This document shows, piece by piece, positions 18,649 to 28,549 of a stretch of DNA of 64,000 bases. The stretch is from positions 40,945-104,944 of the forward strand of contig JASLNU010000016.1 in assembly GCA_030745835.1 (NCBI GenBank). The letters run 5' to 3'. Under the pieces are notes generated by a model that ran no database searches, was not told the DNA's origin, and saw only the letters and a program-made list of their open reading frames with translations. Each line of letters opens with the position of its first letter. Position 1 is the stretch's first letter. This DNA comes from Rhodospirillales bacterium (lineage in GTDB: Bacteria > Pseudomonadota > Alphaproteobacteria > Rhodospirillales > UBA2165). The position numbers and the translations under genes are program-made.

Positions 18649-18866
18649 CAGCGGCGCGCCGTGAATGCGATTTCGAGGGCGGTTTCCCAATCGCGCGGCG
18701 TGTCGCCGAAATCGGGCTTCAGATCGAACTCGATCAGGACCAGCCCTTGCTCGCCGCTTTTGCGCACCACCTGCAGCAATTCGGCGAAGGAATTGATCTC
18801 GTGATGCTGGATGATGATATCGCTGAGCTTCAACATAGGTGTCTTTATCCTAGTGGCCTGCGTCAT
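18648..18866 (-). CDS. Small hypothetical protein (72 aa, or 62 aa from the ATG at 18836)
   Basis: ORF immediately downstream of the TauD-like gene and translationally coupled to the next small ORF. I do not recognise a family. Confidence 0.45.
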   Translation of the reverse strand: MTQATRIKTPMLKLSDIIIQHHEINSFAELLQVVRKSGEQGLVLIEFDLKPDFGDTPRDWETALEIAFTARR

Positions 18867-18880
18867 GTAATTTTGTCGGA

Positions 18881-19846
18881 TTATCGGTACCCGGTTCCGG
18901 CAATCCGATCAAGGTAGTAGACGCGGTAAATGAGCCGCTTTTGCGCTTCGCCGGCGCCGTCGACAAACGCCGTCCGCCCATGCAGGACATTGTTGCAGAC
19001 CAGCCCCCAGCCGGGTTTCAGGGTCACTCTATGAATATATTGGGAATCGCCGGTAAACAGCCGGCCGAGGCATTCCAGGCCGCCCTTGACGGCGCCGTCA
19101 TCGGCCCCATCATCGGCCCAACTGACGAACCGCTTGCGTGCCGTGTAACGCAAATGAAGGGCGCCGGTTTCAGGATCGATGGCGAAGGCCGGCCCCGCTT
19201 GCTCGGACCGCCGCTCGATACCGCCTTCGATATTGGCGGGGATGGTCAGGGCATCGGGGCGCATCAGGGCGCCGATGAAATCCGGGTTTTCGTCGCGGAG
19301 GTGAATGTAGGCGATGTCGGGATCCAGGAGAAAGCTTTCGCCGCCCGATGCGGCGGCGCCGGCGCAATGCAGCAGCAAGGCCCGGACCCGGCGTTGGGGC
19401 GGGTTATAGGTGCCGTCCGTGTGCCAGCCGAGGGCCCGGTCGGTGTAGGGAATATAGCTCTGTTTTTCGGCATCGCCCGAGACCGCCAGTTCGCTGACGC
19501 CGTCTTCGTCGGTGGTCAGCGGCTTATCGATCCTCTTCAGGCCGAGGCGCGCGCCCAACTCCAAGGGCAGGCTTTTGTCACCGGCGCCCGAAACGCCGGA
19601 CGCATAGACCGCCATGTTGGCCCGCCGGCACAGGCTGGTCAGCGCCGCCGCCTCGTCCGCCGAAAGCCTCGCCGGGTCTTCGACCGGTACGATCAACTCG
19701 TCCAGGGACCCCGGGTAGCCGGCCAGTTTTTGATCCCGCCACCGACGGTAAGCGCCCTCGTTCTCCAGATCGAACGGAGAGCCGTGATGCTGGCCATTGG
19801 TCGCCCCAGGGGCGCTGCCGGGGAGGCGGGCTGTCTCAGATTTCAT
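18881..19846 (-). CDS. TauD/TfdA-family Fe(II)/2-oxoglutarate-dependent dioxygenase-like protein
   Basis: 321 aa with 'LGWHTDGTY' (the HxD of the facial triad) and distal 'NNVLHGRTAF' (His plus Arg). Confidence 0.65.
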   Translation of the reverse strand: MKSETARLPGSAPGATNGQHHGSPFDLENEGAYRRWRDQKLAGYPGSLDELIVPVEDPARLSADEAAALTSLCRRANMAVYASGVSGAGDKSLPLELGARLGLKRIDKPLTTDEDGVSELAVSGDAEKQSYIPYTDRALGWHTDGTYNPPQRRVRALLLHCAGAAASGGESFLLDPDIAYIHLRDENPDFIGALMRPDALTIPANIEGGIERRSEQAGPAFAIDPETGALHLRYTARKRFVSWADDGADDGAVKGGLECLGRLFTGDSQYIHRVTLKPGWGLVCNNVLHGRTAFVDGAGEAQKRLIYRVYYLDRIAGTGYR

Positions 19847-20342
19847 CGATGATCACCGTGTCGAGACCAGACTAGCGGCGGCGGCCCTTTAAGAAAACCA
19901 CAACTCACCAATAACCCGGCCTTGCTGAAAATGCTGACATTGCCCGGCTTGTTATTACATAAAATAACTGTTGTATTTTTTTATTGTCAACGCTATTATA
20001 GTAATTGTCAAATAAATAGAATAAAAAAATGTTAAATGTTATATTTTCCTTTGAATCTCAACTATATCCACAATATTTTTGATGTTGTCTTGATCGAAAA
20101 CGGTGTAGTAAAACAGTACTCATAAAATACGTTACTGTGAGGTCTGAAGTCGGGCTTGCTATTTCAGTGTTTAATGAAATATAATGCCGGCGCAGAATTT
20201 GGGCGCGTATAATTGCTTAAACGGGTGAGGATTTCGGCTTTAGAATTTGCTCCGAATATCCCTAGTTTTAAGTGCGGATCGGAAGCCGCCGACAGGCATC
20301 GGTTCGCAAGCTTGAAGAAAGGCCAAAGGAAAGGAACCTACC
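19847..20342. promoter_or_regulatory. AT-rich divergent control region upstream of dsrA
   Basis: About 500 bp of non-coding sequence. The core, roughly 19960-20230, is visibly A/T-dominated against a GC-rich background. It contains a repeated 'attgtcaa' (two copies about 23 bp apart near 19983-20013), and a purine-rich RBS 'aaggaaagga' precedes the dsrA GTG. Confidence 0.5.
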
Positions 20343-21623
20343 GTGGCGAAGAAGCAACATGACACGCCGTTGTTGGACGAGTTGGAAAGCGGCGCCTGGC
20401 CCAGTTTCGTAACCGGGCTGAAACGTCTCTCCGAAGACGAAGACAAGCCCTATGCCGGTATGATGAAGGACCTTCTTGGCCAGCTTGAACATTCCTATGA
20501 AACCCGGCTCGGCTATTGGAAGGGCGGCACGGTCAGCGTCTATGGTTATGGCGGCGGCGTCATTCCGCGCTTTTCCGAAATGGCCGAGGAATACCCCGAA
20601 TCCAAGGAATTCCATACTTTGCGCGTGCAGCCCCCCGCCGGCATGCACTATTCCACCGATTTTTTGCGCCAGATATGCGACGTTTGGGAAAAGCACGGTT
20701 CCGGCCTGATCGCCCTGCATGGCCAAAGCGGCGATATCATGTTCCAGGGCTGCACCACCGAAAACGTGCAAAAAGCCTTCGACGATTTGAACAAGATCGG
20801 GCTTGATATGGGCGGCGCCGGCCCTGCCTTGCGGACCTCGGTCAGCTGCGTCGGCCACGCCCGCTGCGAGCATTCCTGCTTTGACGAGGTGCGCGCCCAC
20901 CGCCTGTTGATCAACGCCTTCCTCGATGAAATGCACCGCCCGGCGCTGCCCTATAAGTTCAAGTTCAAGTTTTCCGGCTGCGGCAACGATTGCTCCAACG
21001 CCATCCAGCGCGCCGACTTCGCGGTCATCGGCACCTGGCGCGACGCGATGAAGGTGGACCAAGACGAGGTCAAGAAATACGTCGCCGAGGCGGGCCGCAA
21101 ATACACCATCGACAATGTCATCACCCGCTGCCCGACCAACGCGCTCAGCATCAATGACGACGATACGCTGGACGTCGATAACAAAAGCTGCGTGCGCTGC
21201 ATGCATTGCATCAATGTCATGACCAAGGCGCTGGCGCCGGGCGACGACCGCGGCGTCACCATCCTGATGGGCGGCAAGCGCTCGCTCAAGATCGGCGATC
21301 AGTTGGGCACCGTCGTGATCCCGTTTTTCAAGCTGGAAAGTGACGAGGATTTCGAAGCCCTGGAAGAGCTCGGCGAGACGGTGATCGACTTCTTTGCCGA
21401 AAACGCCCTCGAGCATGAGCGCGTCGGCGAGACCATCGACCGCATCGGGCTGGCCAATTTCCTGGAAGCCATCGGCGTCGAGATCGATCCCAACATGATC
21501 AATCACCCGCGCACCAATTCCTATGTTCGTACCGACACCTGGGACGAGGAAGCGGAAAAGTGGAATGAACGCAAGGCGGAAAAAGATGCCGCCAAAGAAT
21601 CCTCAGGCGTGGCGGCCGAGTAA
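20343..21623 (+). CDS. dsrA: Dissimilatory sulfite reductase alpha subunit (oxidative-type context)
   Basis: GTG start. The N-terminus 'AKKQHDTPLLDELESGAWPSFV' is the classic DsrA start. Cys motifs 'CVGHARCEHSC' and 'FSGCGNDC', and a ferredoxin insert 'CVRCMHCINV'. Confidence 0.95.
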   Translation: MAKKQHDTPLLDELESGAWPSFVTGLKRLSEDEDKPYAGMMKDLLGQLEHSYETRLGYWKGGTVSVYGYGGGVIPRFSEMAEEYPESKEFHTLRVQPPAGMHYSTDFLRQICDVWEKHGSGLIALHGQSGDIMFQGCTTENVQKAFDDLNKIGLDMGGAGPALRTSVSCVGHARCEHSCFDEVRAHRLLINAFLDEMHRPALPYKFKFKFSGCGNDCSNAIQRADFAVIGTWRDAMKVDQDEVKKYVAEAGRKYTIDNVITRCPTNALSINDDDTLDVDNKSCVRCMHCINVMTKALAPGDDRGVTILMGGKRSLKIGDQLGTVVIPFFKLESDEDFEALEELGETVIDFFAENALEHERVGETIDRIGLANFLEAIGVEIDPNMINHPRTNSYVRTDTWDEEAEKWNERKAEKDAAKESSGVAAE

Positions 21624-21675
21624 TCGCGCTGCCGGCCGGTGTTCCACACGAATAGTTGAAAGCAAGGGTTATTAA

Positions 21676-22758
21676 ATGAGCGACGCAGCAACCGAACCCC
21701 GCAGGCCCGACGAGACCGGTGTCCCCGATCCGTTCCCGCTGATGCATCCCCTCCTTAAAAAGAACTATGGGGATTGGAAGTGGCATGACCGTCCGCGCCC
21801 CGGTGTCCTCCGCCATATGGCGCATAGCGGCGATCAGGTTTGGACCGTGCGTGCCGGCACCCAGCGGCAACTGGACGTCCACACCATCCGCAAGCTTTGC
21901 GATATCGGCGACGAATATGCCGAGGGCCATGTCCGCTTCACGGTGCGCAGCAATATCGAATTCATGCTGTCGAAAGAGGAAATGGTCGCGCCGCTGATCG
22001 AAAAGCTGACCGAAGAAGGCTTCCCGGTCGGCGGCACCGGCAATTCCATGTCGATGATTGCGCACACCCAGGGCTGGCTGCATTGCGATATTCCGGGCAC
22101 CGATGCCTCGGGCGTCGTCAAGGCCCTGATGGATGAACTTTACGAAGAGTTCACCAACGAAGAAATGCCCAACCGGGTGCGCGTCACCACCTCGTGCTGC
22201 CAAATCAATTGCGGCGGCCAGGGCGATATCGCGATCAATGTCCAATACACCAAACCGCCGGTCATTAAACACGACCTGATTGCCAATGTCTGCGAGCGCC
22301 CGGCGGTGGTCGCCCGCTGCCCGGTGGCGGCGATCCGCCCGGCGATGGTCGACAACAAACCGTCCCTCGAGGTCGATGAAAAGAAATGCATCTGCTGCGG
22401 CGCCTGTTATCCGCCGTGCCCGCCGATGCAGATCAATAGCGACGAATCGACCAAGATCGCCATTTGGGTCGGCGGCAAGCATTCCAATGCCCGCTCCAAG
22501 CCGACATTCCATAAATTGGCGGTCGCCGGGCTGCCCAACAATCCGCCGCGCTGGACGGAGGTTGCGGACGTGGTCAAGAATATCCTTTACGCCTACAAGG
22601 AAAATGCCCGCGATTGGGAGCGTATGGGCGAATGGATCGAGCGCATCGGCTGGCCGGAGTTTTTCGAACTGGCGGATATTCCGTTCACCAAATTCCACAT
22701 CGACGATTTCCGCTCGCCGCGCGGAACGCTGAACGCGTCGGCGCATGTGCATTTTTGA
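21676..22758 (+). CDS. dsrB: Dissimilatory sulfite reductase beta subunit
   Basis: 360 aa with 'TSCCQINCGGQGD' and a ferredoxin domain 'CICCGACYPPCP'. It directly follows dsrA. Confidence 0.95.
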   Translation: MSDAATEPRRPDETGVPDPFPLMHPLLKKNYGDWKWHDRPRPGVLRHMAHSGDQVWTVRAGTQRQLDVHTIRKLCDIGDEYAEGHVRFTVRSNIEFMLSKEEMVAPLIEKLTEEGFPVGGTGNSMSMIAHTQGWLHCDIPGTDASGVVKALMDELYEEFTNEEMPNRVRVTTSCCQINCGGQGDIAINVQYTKPPVIKHDLIANVCERPAVVARCPVAAIRPAMVDNKPSLEVDEKKCICCGACYPPCPPMQINSDESTKIAIWVGGKHSNARSKPTFHKLAVAGLPNNPPRWTEVADVVKNILYAYKENARDWERMGEWIERIGWPEFFELADIPFTKFHIDDFRSPRGTLNASAHVHF

Positions 22759-22788
22759 GGCTGGATGATTTAAGGTTAAGGGGTGGGG

Positions 22789-23148
22789 ATGAAGTTAGGT
22801 ATTTTGGTTAGCGAAGGCCCGTTCACGCATCAAGCGTCGGACAGCGCCTATCTATTCACCAAGGCAGCCTTGGAAAAGGGGCACGAAATCGTTCGCGTGT
22901 TCTTCTACCACGACGGCGTCTACAATTCGAACAAGCTGTCCGAGCCGCAAAGCGACGACCGCAATCTGGTCAAGCTTTGGTCGGAACTGGGCGAAGAGCA
23001 TAATTTGGACATGGTCGTTTGCGTCGCCGCCGCCATGCGCCGCGGCGTCAAGGACGAGCTTTTGGCCGCCGGCTTCCATATTTCCGGCCTTGGCCAGTTG
23101 GTCGAAGCCGGTATCGTCGGCGACCGCCTAGTCACTTTTGGGGATTAG
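22789..23148 (+). CDS. dsrE: Sulfurtransferase DsrE
   Basis: I prefer the ATG at 22789 (the track starts at GTG 22783). 'MKLGILVSEGPFTHQASDSAYLF' and the active-site region 'DMVVCVAAAMRRG'. Confidence 0.9.
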   Translation: MKLGILVSEGPFTHQASDSAYLFTKAALEKGHEIVRVFFYHDGVYNSNKLSEPQSDDRNLVKLWSELGEEHNLDMVVCVAAAMRRGVKDELLAAGFHISGLGQLVEAGIVGDRLVTFGD

Positions 23149-23171
23149 TGGTCACCTTTGGGGATTGATAG

Positions 23172-23573
23172 ATGAGCGAAGCAGAAGAATTCGACGACGA
23201 CGAATTTGACGGGCCGGTCAAAAAATTCATGTATGTGAACCGCCGGGCGCCGTACGGAACCATCTATGCGCTCGAAGGCTTGGAAGTGGTTTTGATCACC
23301 GCCGCCTTCGATCAGGATGTGAGCATGGTGTTCATCGATGACGGCGTCTTCGAGATCAAGAAGGGACATGATACCGAGGCCGTCAACATGAAGAATTTTT
23401 CGCCCACCTATCGGGCCCTCGACGGTTATGATGTGGAAAAACTATATGTCGAGCGGGAATCCATGGAAGCCCGCGGCATGACCGAGGACGATCTGATCGT
23501 TCCCGTCGAAGTGCTGAGCTCGGACGAGCTCGGCGCGCTGATGCAGGAACAAGACGTGGTCATCGGGTTTTAG
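23172..23573 (+). CDS. dsrF: DsrF
   Basis: 133-aa DsrE/F-fold protein ('RAPYGTIYALEGLEVVL') located between dsrE and dsrH. Confidence 0.85.
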   Translation: MSEAEEFDDDEFDGPVKKFMYVNRRAPYGTIYALEGLEVVLITAAFDQDVSMVFIDDGVFEIKKGHDTEAVNMKNFSPTYRALDGYDVEKLYVERESMEARGMTEDDLIVPVEVLSSDELGALMQEQDVVIGF

Positions 23574-23584
23574 GAACTGATACG

Positions 23585-23893
23585 ATGGCAATGCTGCATA
23601 CCGTTAATAAATCGCCCTTCGAAAAAAACGCGCTTCGGAGCTGCTTGCGTCTCGCCAAGGACGGCAGCGGCGTGCTGTTGATCGAGGATGGCGTTTACGG
23701 CGCGCTTTCGGGAACGGCCGAAAGTTCCCAAATCGAGGCACGCCTAGGCGATATCAAGTTCTATGCCCTGGGGCCGGATTTATCGGCCAGGGGCTATGAT
23801 GCCGACCGCTTGATCGATGGCATCGAGGTGGTCGATTACGCTGGCTTCGTCGATCTCGTGACCGAGTTCGACGCGGTTCAATCCTGGCTTTAA
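23585..23893 (+). CDS. dsrH: DsrH
   Basis: 102 aa with the 'MLHTVNKSPF' type N-terminus, at the expected position in dsrEFH. Confidence 0.85.
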   Translation: MAMLHTVNKSPFEKNALRSCLRLAKDGSGVLLIEDGVYGALSGTAESSQIEARLGDIKFYALGPDLSARGYDADRLIDGIEVVDYAGFVDLVTEFDAVQSWL

Positions 23894-23931
23894 CTTAGGT
23901 CTGTCCGACACAGAGAGTGGGGAATATTTCA

Positions 23932-24264
23932 ATGAGCTATCAGTTAAACGGTCAAGAAGTCGCCGCCGACGAAGAAGGCTATATCACCGATATCAGCCTT
24001 TGGACCAAGGATCTGGCGGCACAGATCGCGGAAAGCGAAAACATCGATATGGAAGACGACCATTGGGAAGTCGTCAATTTCCTGCGCGATTATTACGAGG
24101 AATATCAGATCGCGCCGGCGATCCGGGTTCTGACCAAGGCGGTCAAGAAATCCATGGGTCCGGAGAAGGGCAACTCCAAGTACCTCTACGAATTGTTCCC
24201 CTATGGTCCGGCGAAACAGGCCTGCAAGATCGCCGGTCTGCCGAAACCGACCGGCTGCATTTAA
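23932..24264 (+). CDS. dsrC: DsrC
   Basis: I prefer the ATG at 23932. The C-terminal arm 'CKIAGLPKPTGCI' carries the two conserved Cys (Cx10C, with the penultimate residue Cys). Confidence 0.9.
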   Translation: MSYQLNGQEVAADEEGYITDISLWTKDLAAQIAESENIDMEDDHWEVVNFLRDYYEEYQIAPAIRVLTKAVKKSMGPEKGNSKYLYELFPYGPAKQACKIAGLPKPTGCI

Positions 24265-24309
24265 GGCACGCGGCCCCGAATACGTGCCGGGGCGGAGGGA
24301 AATAGCGTT

Positions 24310-25050
24310 TTGTTGACGTTGGTTTACGCGTCTCTGTTCTATCTGGCTGCGTTGGTTCTGGTGCTCGGGTTGGCCTATCGGGTGCGGCTCTATTGGAGAA
24401 CCCCGGCGCCGCTCAAGATTCCGACGACGCCGGCGCCGACCACCAGTTCCGGCGTTGCGCTCCGCATGGCGCGCGAAGTGGTGTTGTTCGAGAGCCTCTT
24501 TAAATCCAATAAATGGACTTGGATTTTCGGCTGGATGTTCCACGCCGCGCTGGCCTTGGTCCTGGTCCGCCACCTCCGCTATTTCATCGAGCCGGTCTGG
24601 GGTTGGCTGGCCCTGATGCAGCCGCTTGGCATCTATGCCGGATTTTTCTTAGGTTTGGGATTGGCCGGGGCCTGGGCGCGGCGCTTTTTGGTGGCCCGCG
24701 TCCGCTACATCTCGGCGCCGTCCGACCATCTGATGCTGGCGCTGCTTATTTTGATCGCGGCCAGCGGGCTGGCCATGAGATTCGCCGCGCCCACCGATAT
24801 CGTCGCCGTCAAGGCCTTCATATTGGGGCTGATCTATTTCGACTGGCGGCCCTTGCCCGCCGATCCGCCGATCCTGGTGCATCTCGGCGCCGTCATCCTG
24901 TTGATGATCGTCTTTCCGTTTTCCAAGCTGTTGCACGCCGCCGGCGTTTTCTTCAGCCCGACCCGCAACCAGGCCGACAATCCGCGCGAAGTGCGGCATG
25001 TCACGCCCTGGGCGGAAAATGGGGCGGCCGGCAAGGCCCCTGGGGAATAG
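24310..25050 (+). CDS. dsrM: DsrM (NarI-like dihaem cytochrome b membrane subunit)
   Basis: 246-aa membrane protein with about 5 TM segments and conserved His residues. It has a non-ATG start (TTG at 24310 or 24313), so the exact start is uncertain. Confidence 0.85.
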   Translation: MLTLVYASLFYLAALVLVLGLAYRVRLYWRTPAPLKIPTTPAPTTSSGVALRMAREVVLFESLFKSNKWTWIFGWMFHAALALVLVRHLRYFIEPVWGWLALMQPLGIYAGFFLGLGLAGAWARRFLVARVRYISAPSDHLMLALLILIAASGLAMRFAAPTDIVAVKAFILGLIYFDWRPLPADPPILVHLGAVILLMIVFPFSKLLHAAGVFFSPTRNQADNPREVRHVTPWAENGAAGKAPGE

Positions 25051-25064
25051 TCGGAGAATAGGTC

Positions 25065-26597
25065 ATGGACGATTTCACCGTTCCCGAGCTTCCGGACATC
25101 CCCGAACAGCCCAAGCTGGAGCCGGGCGCGATGTCCCATTCCAGCCCCTTCGTGGCCGCGCCCGAGCACCAAGAGGCGCTGGGCTTTCCGGGTGAATTGC
25201 CGGAAAACTGGAAGCAATTGGCGCTCGAAAAAATGGGCGAGCTGTTGGGCAAGTACCGCTCGCTCCGCGTCTATATGGATAGTTGCGTCAAGTGCGGCGC
25301 CTGCACCGACAAGTGCCATTATTTCCTCGGCACCGGCGATCCCAAGAACATGCCGGTGGCGCGCCAGGATTTGATGCGCGATGTCTACCGCCGCTATTTC
25401 ACTTATTCCGGCAAGTGGTTCCCCTGGCTGGTCGGCGCCAAGGATCTGACCGAGGAAATCCTCGACGATTGGTACATCTACTACCACCAATGTTCACAGT
25501 GCCGGCGCTGTTCGGTCTATTGCCCCTACGGCATCGACACCGCCGAGGTGTCGATGGCGGCGCGCGAAATCATGGACCATATCGGCAAGGGCCAGAAATA
25601 CTGTAACGAGATCATCGGCAAGGTTCATAGCATCGGCAACAATCTCGGCCTGCCGGAACCGGCCTTGCGCAATACCCTGGAAGACCTGGAAGAGGATCTC
25701 GAGGATGAAACCGGGCTCAAAGTCCGCCTGCCGCTGGATGAAAAGGGCGCCGATATCCTGCTGGTGACGCCGAGCGCCGATTTCTTCGCCGAGCCGCATG
25801 TGGACGGGCTGATGGGCTATGCCAAGGTCTTCCATCAGGCCGGCGTCAGCTGGACCCTTTCCTCTTACGCCTCGGAAGCCGCCAACTTCGCCATGTTCAT
25901 CGGTTCCTACGATCAGATGCGCGAGGTCGCGATGCGGATCCGCAAGGCGGCCGAGGATTTGGGCGTCAAACGCATCATCGTCGGCGAGTGCGGCCATGCC
26001 TGGCGGGTCGCCTACAGCTTCTGGAACACGCTGGCCGGGCCGTTCGATTTCCTCGATCCCGATTATCCGGTGCCGCAGCATATTTGCGAATTTACCCACG
26101 ATCTGATCGAGAAGGGCGAGCTGACCTTCGACAAATCCGCCAACGATCACATGACCCTGACTTTTCACGATTCCTGCAACGTCTCCAGGGGCTCGCGCAT
26201 GGGCGGCGATCCCGGCGGCCAGTTCCGCATCCCGCGCGAGATCATCAAGGCCTGCTGCAACAATTTTCACGACATGGCCGCCGATACCATCCACGAAAAT
26301 ACATTCTGCTGCGGCGGCGGCGGCGGGCTTCTAACCGACGATCTGATCGAGCTTCGGGTCAAGGGCGCGCAGCCGCGCATGCAGGCGCTTAAACAAGTGG
26401 CCGAGGACAAGGGCGTCACCCACCTGGCCGCCATTTGCGCCATCTGCAAAAGCCAGTTCGCCAAGGTCATGCCCTATTACGGCTTCGAAATGGACGCCAT
26501 CGTCAGCGTCCACCAGCTGGTCGGCAACGCCATCGTTCTGGACGGCCAGGAAACGGACGAGCCGGAAACTGGCGAACCGGAAGACGACGAAACTTGA
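25065..26597 (+). CDS. dsrK: DsrK (HdrD-like Fe-S/CCG-domain subunit)
   Basis: 510 aa with 'CVKCGACTDKC', 'CSQCRRCSVYCPYG' and the CCG motif 'FCCGGGGGL'. Confidence 0.9.
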   Translation: MDDFTVPELPDIPEQPKLEPGAMSHSSPFVAAPEHQEALGFPGELPENWKQLALEKMGELLGKYRSLRVYMDSCVKCGACTDKCHYFLGTGDPKNMPVARQDLMRDVYRRYFTYSGKWFPWLVGAKDLTEEILDDWYIYYHQCSQCRRCSVYCPYGIDTAEVSMAAREIMDHIGKGQKYCNEIIGKVHSIGNNLGLPEPALRNTLEDLEEDLEDETGLKVRLPLDEKGADILLVTPSADFFAEPHVDGLMGYAKVFHQAGVSWTLSSYASEAANFAMFIGSYDQMREVAMRIRKAAEDLGVKRIIVGECGHAWRVAYSFWNTLAGPFDFLDPDYPVPQHICEFTHDLIEKGELTFDKSANDHMTLTFHDSCNVSRGSRMGGDPGGQFRIPREIIKACCNNFHDMAADTIHENTFCCGGGGGLLTDDLIELRVKGAQPRMQALKQVAEDKGVTHLAAICAICKSQFAKVMPYYGFEMDAIVSVHQLVGNAIVLDGQETDEPETGEPEDDET

Positions 26598-26608
26598 AAG
26601 AAAAGACA

Positions 26609-28549
26609 ATGGACAAAACGGTAAACGAACAGCAGCTGACCAATCGCCGCTACCGGGACGGCGATGACCAACATCTGCCCTGGCAGCAGGAGATTTTCGA
26701 GGCCGATCATACCTACAAATGCCCGACCTATGTCCACCGCACGCCGCCATGCCAGGGCAGCTGCCCGTCGGGCGAGGATATCCGCGGCTGGCTCAACATC
26801 GCGCGCGGTATCGAAAAGGCGCCCGACGGCATGAGCTGGCAGGAATATGCCTTCAGGCGCATTACCGAAGCCAACCCATTTCCGGCGATCATGGGCCGGG
26901 TCTGCCCGGCGCCGTGCGAGGACGGCTGCAACCGGAACGAGGTCGAAGACCATGTCGGCATCAATTCGGTGGAACATTATATCGGCGATTATGCCCTGGA
27001 ACATGGCTTCAAGCTGCCCGATCCCGGCCCCGATACCGGCAAAAAGATCGCCATCATCGGCGCCGGCCCGGCGGGCCTCACGACCGCCTATCAGATGCGC
27101 CTGCGCGGCCATGCCTGCACGGTGTTCGAGCGCCACACGGAGCTTGGCGGCATGATGCGTTACGGCATCCCCGGCTACCGCACGCCGCGCGATGTGCTGG
27201 ACGGCGAGATTGGCCGCATCATCGATATGGGCGTCGAGGTGCGGACCAATTGCAAAATCGGTGTCGATGTCAGCCTGGATGAGCTTGAAAAAGACTTCGA
27301 TGCCATCTTCGTCGGCACCGGCGCCCAGGACGGCACCGCCTTGGCTGTCCCGGGCGGCGACGCCGACAACTGCATCAGCGGCATCGCCTTCCTCGATGCC
27401 TTCAATGACGGACGGCTTAAATTCGGCGCCGGGCGGGTGCTGGTCATCGGCGGCGGCGATACGGCGATGGATGTGGCCGCCGTCGCCAGGCGTCTCGGCC
27501 ATATCACCAAGGTTCATGAAAAAGACCTCCCCGAATATGTGGTGCTCGGGCAGACTACGCACGATGTTGCCACCGTCGCCAACCGCAAGGGCGCCGACGT
27601 GCAGATCGTTTACCGGCGGCCGATATCGAAAATGCCGGCGGCCAAGATGGAGATCGAGCACATCACCAAGGAAGGCGTGGAAATCCAGGAATCCCTGATC
27701 CCGCTGGAGGTGATCAAGGATTCGGGTGGCCGCGCCACGGCCTTGCGCGTCCAGAGCGTTGATTGGTCGTCGGGCCAGATGGAACCCATCGAGGGCACCG
27801 AGCGGGATATCGAATGCGATTTGATCGTCGCCGCCATCGGCCAGGTCGGCGATTTCATCGGCATGGAGAAGCTCGACAACGGCAAGGGGCTGTGCGATGC
27901 CGACGGCTTCTACCGGATTCCCGATATGGAACAATATTATGTCGGCGGCGACGTGGTGAAACCGCACTTGCTGACCACCGCCATCGGCCATGCCTCGATC
28001 GCCTCGGAAAGCATCGATCATTATCTGCAAGGCCAGGACCCGGGCCGGCGGCCGAAGGTGGATGTCCACCATTTCAACCTTCTCGGCAAGTTGCGCGAAA
28101 CCGGATTGGCGCCCGAAGATTACAACCACCAGCCGGCGGTCGGCACCGATGCGGAAAATTTCGCAATTCACAATTACGAAGACCGGGGGCATGCGGAAAT
28201 CGTGCCCGCCGACCAGTTGTTCCTGGGCCATTGGACCTATGTGTCGCGCGCCCGGCGCTCCGAACAGGATATTACCAGCGGTAACGTGCTCGGCCATTTC
28301 GATGAGCGCATCGTCGGTCTGGAGGAGGAAAACACGGTCGCCGAGGCCGAGCGTTGCATGAGCTGCGGCATCTGCTTCGAATGCGACAACTGCATCATTT
28401 ACTGCCCGCAGGATGCGGTCGAGCGGGTGAAAAAAGACCGCTCCACCGTGGGCCGCTATGTGGACACCATCTACGACAGATGCATCGGCTGCCATATCTG
28501 CGCCGATGTCTGCCCGTCGGGCTATATCCAGATGGGCCTCGGCGAATAA
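26609..28549 (+). CDS. dsrL: DsrL copy 1 (NAD(P)H:acceptor oxidoreductase, GltD-like with N- and C-terminal Fe-S domains)
   Basis: I prefer the ATG at 26609 (MDKTVNEQQ...), just after the dsrK stop. 'CPTYVHRTPPCQGSCPSGEDIRGW', 'IIGAGPAGL', 'VIGGGDTAMDVA', and a C-terminal ferredoxin 'CMSCGICFECDNCIIYCP...CIGCHICADVCPSG'. Confidence 0.9.
   Translation: MDKTVNEQQLTNRRYRDGDDQHLPWQQEIFEADHTYKCPTYVHRTPPCQGSCPSGEDIRGWLNIARGIEKAPDGMSWQEYAFRRITEANPFPAIMGRVCPAPCEDGCNRNEVEDHVGINSVEHYIGDYALEHGFKLPDPGPDTGKKIAIIGAGPAGLTTAYQMRLRGHACTVFERHTELGGMMRYGIPGYRTPRDVLDGEIGRIIDMGVEVRTNCKIGVDVSLDELEKDFDAIFVGTGAQDGTALAVPGGDADNCISGIAFLDAFNDGRLKFGAGRVLVIGGGDTAMDVAAVARRLGHITKVHEKDLPEYVVLGQTTHDVATVANRKGADVQIVYRRPISKMPAAKMEIEHITKEGVEIQESLIPLEVIKDSGGRATALRVQSVDWSSGQMEPIEGTERDIECDLIVAAIGQVGDFIGMEKLDNGKGLCDADGFYRIPDMEQYYVGGDVVKPHLLTTAIGHASIASESIDHYLQGQDPGRRPKVDVHHFNLLGKLRETGLAPEDYNHQPAVGTDAENFAIHNYEDRGHAEIVPADQLFLGHWTYVSRARRSEQDITSGNVLGHFDERIVGLEEENTVAEAERCMSCGICFECDNCIIYCPQDAVERVKKDRSTVGRYVDTIYDRCIGCHICADVCPSGYIQMGLGE

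Noticed and set aside
20268-22752. Minus-strand ORFs of 412 and 417 aa
   Set aside because: They are antisense to dsrA and dsrB, whose identity is certain.
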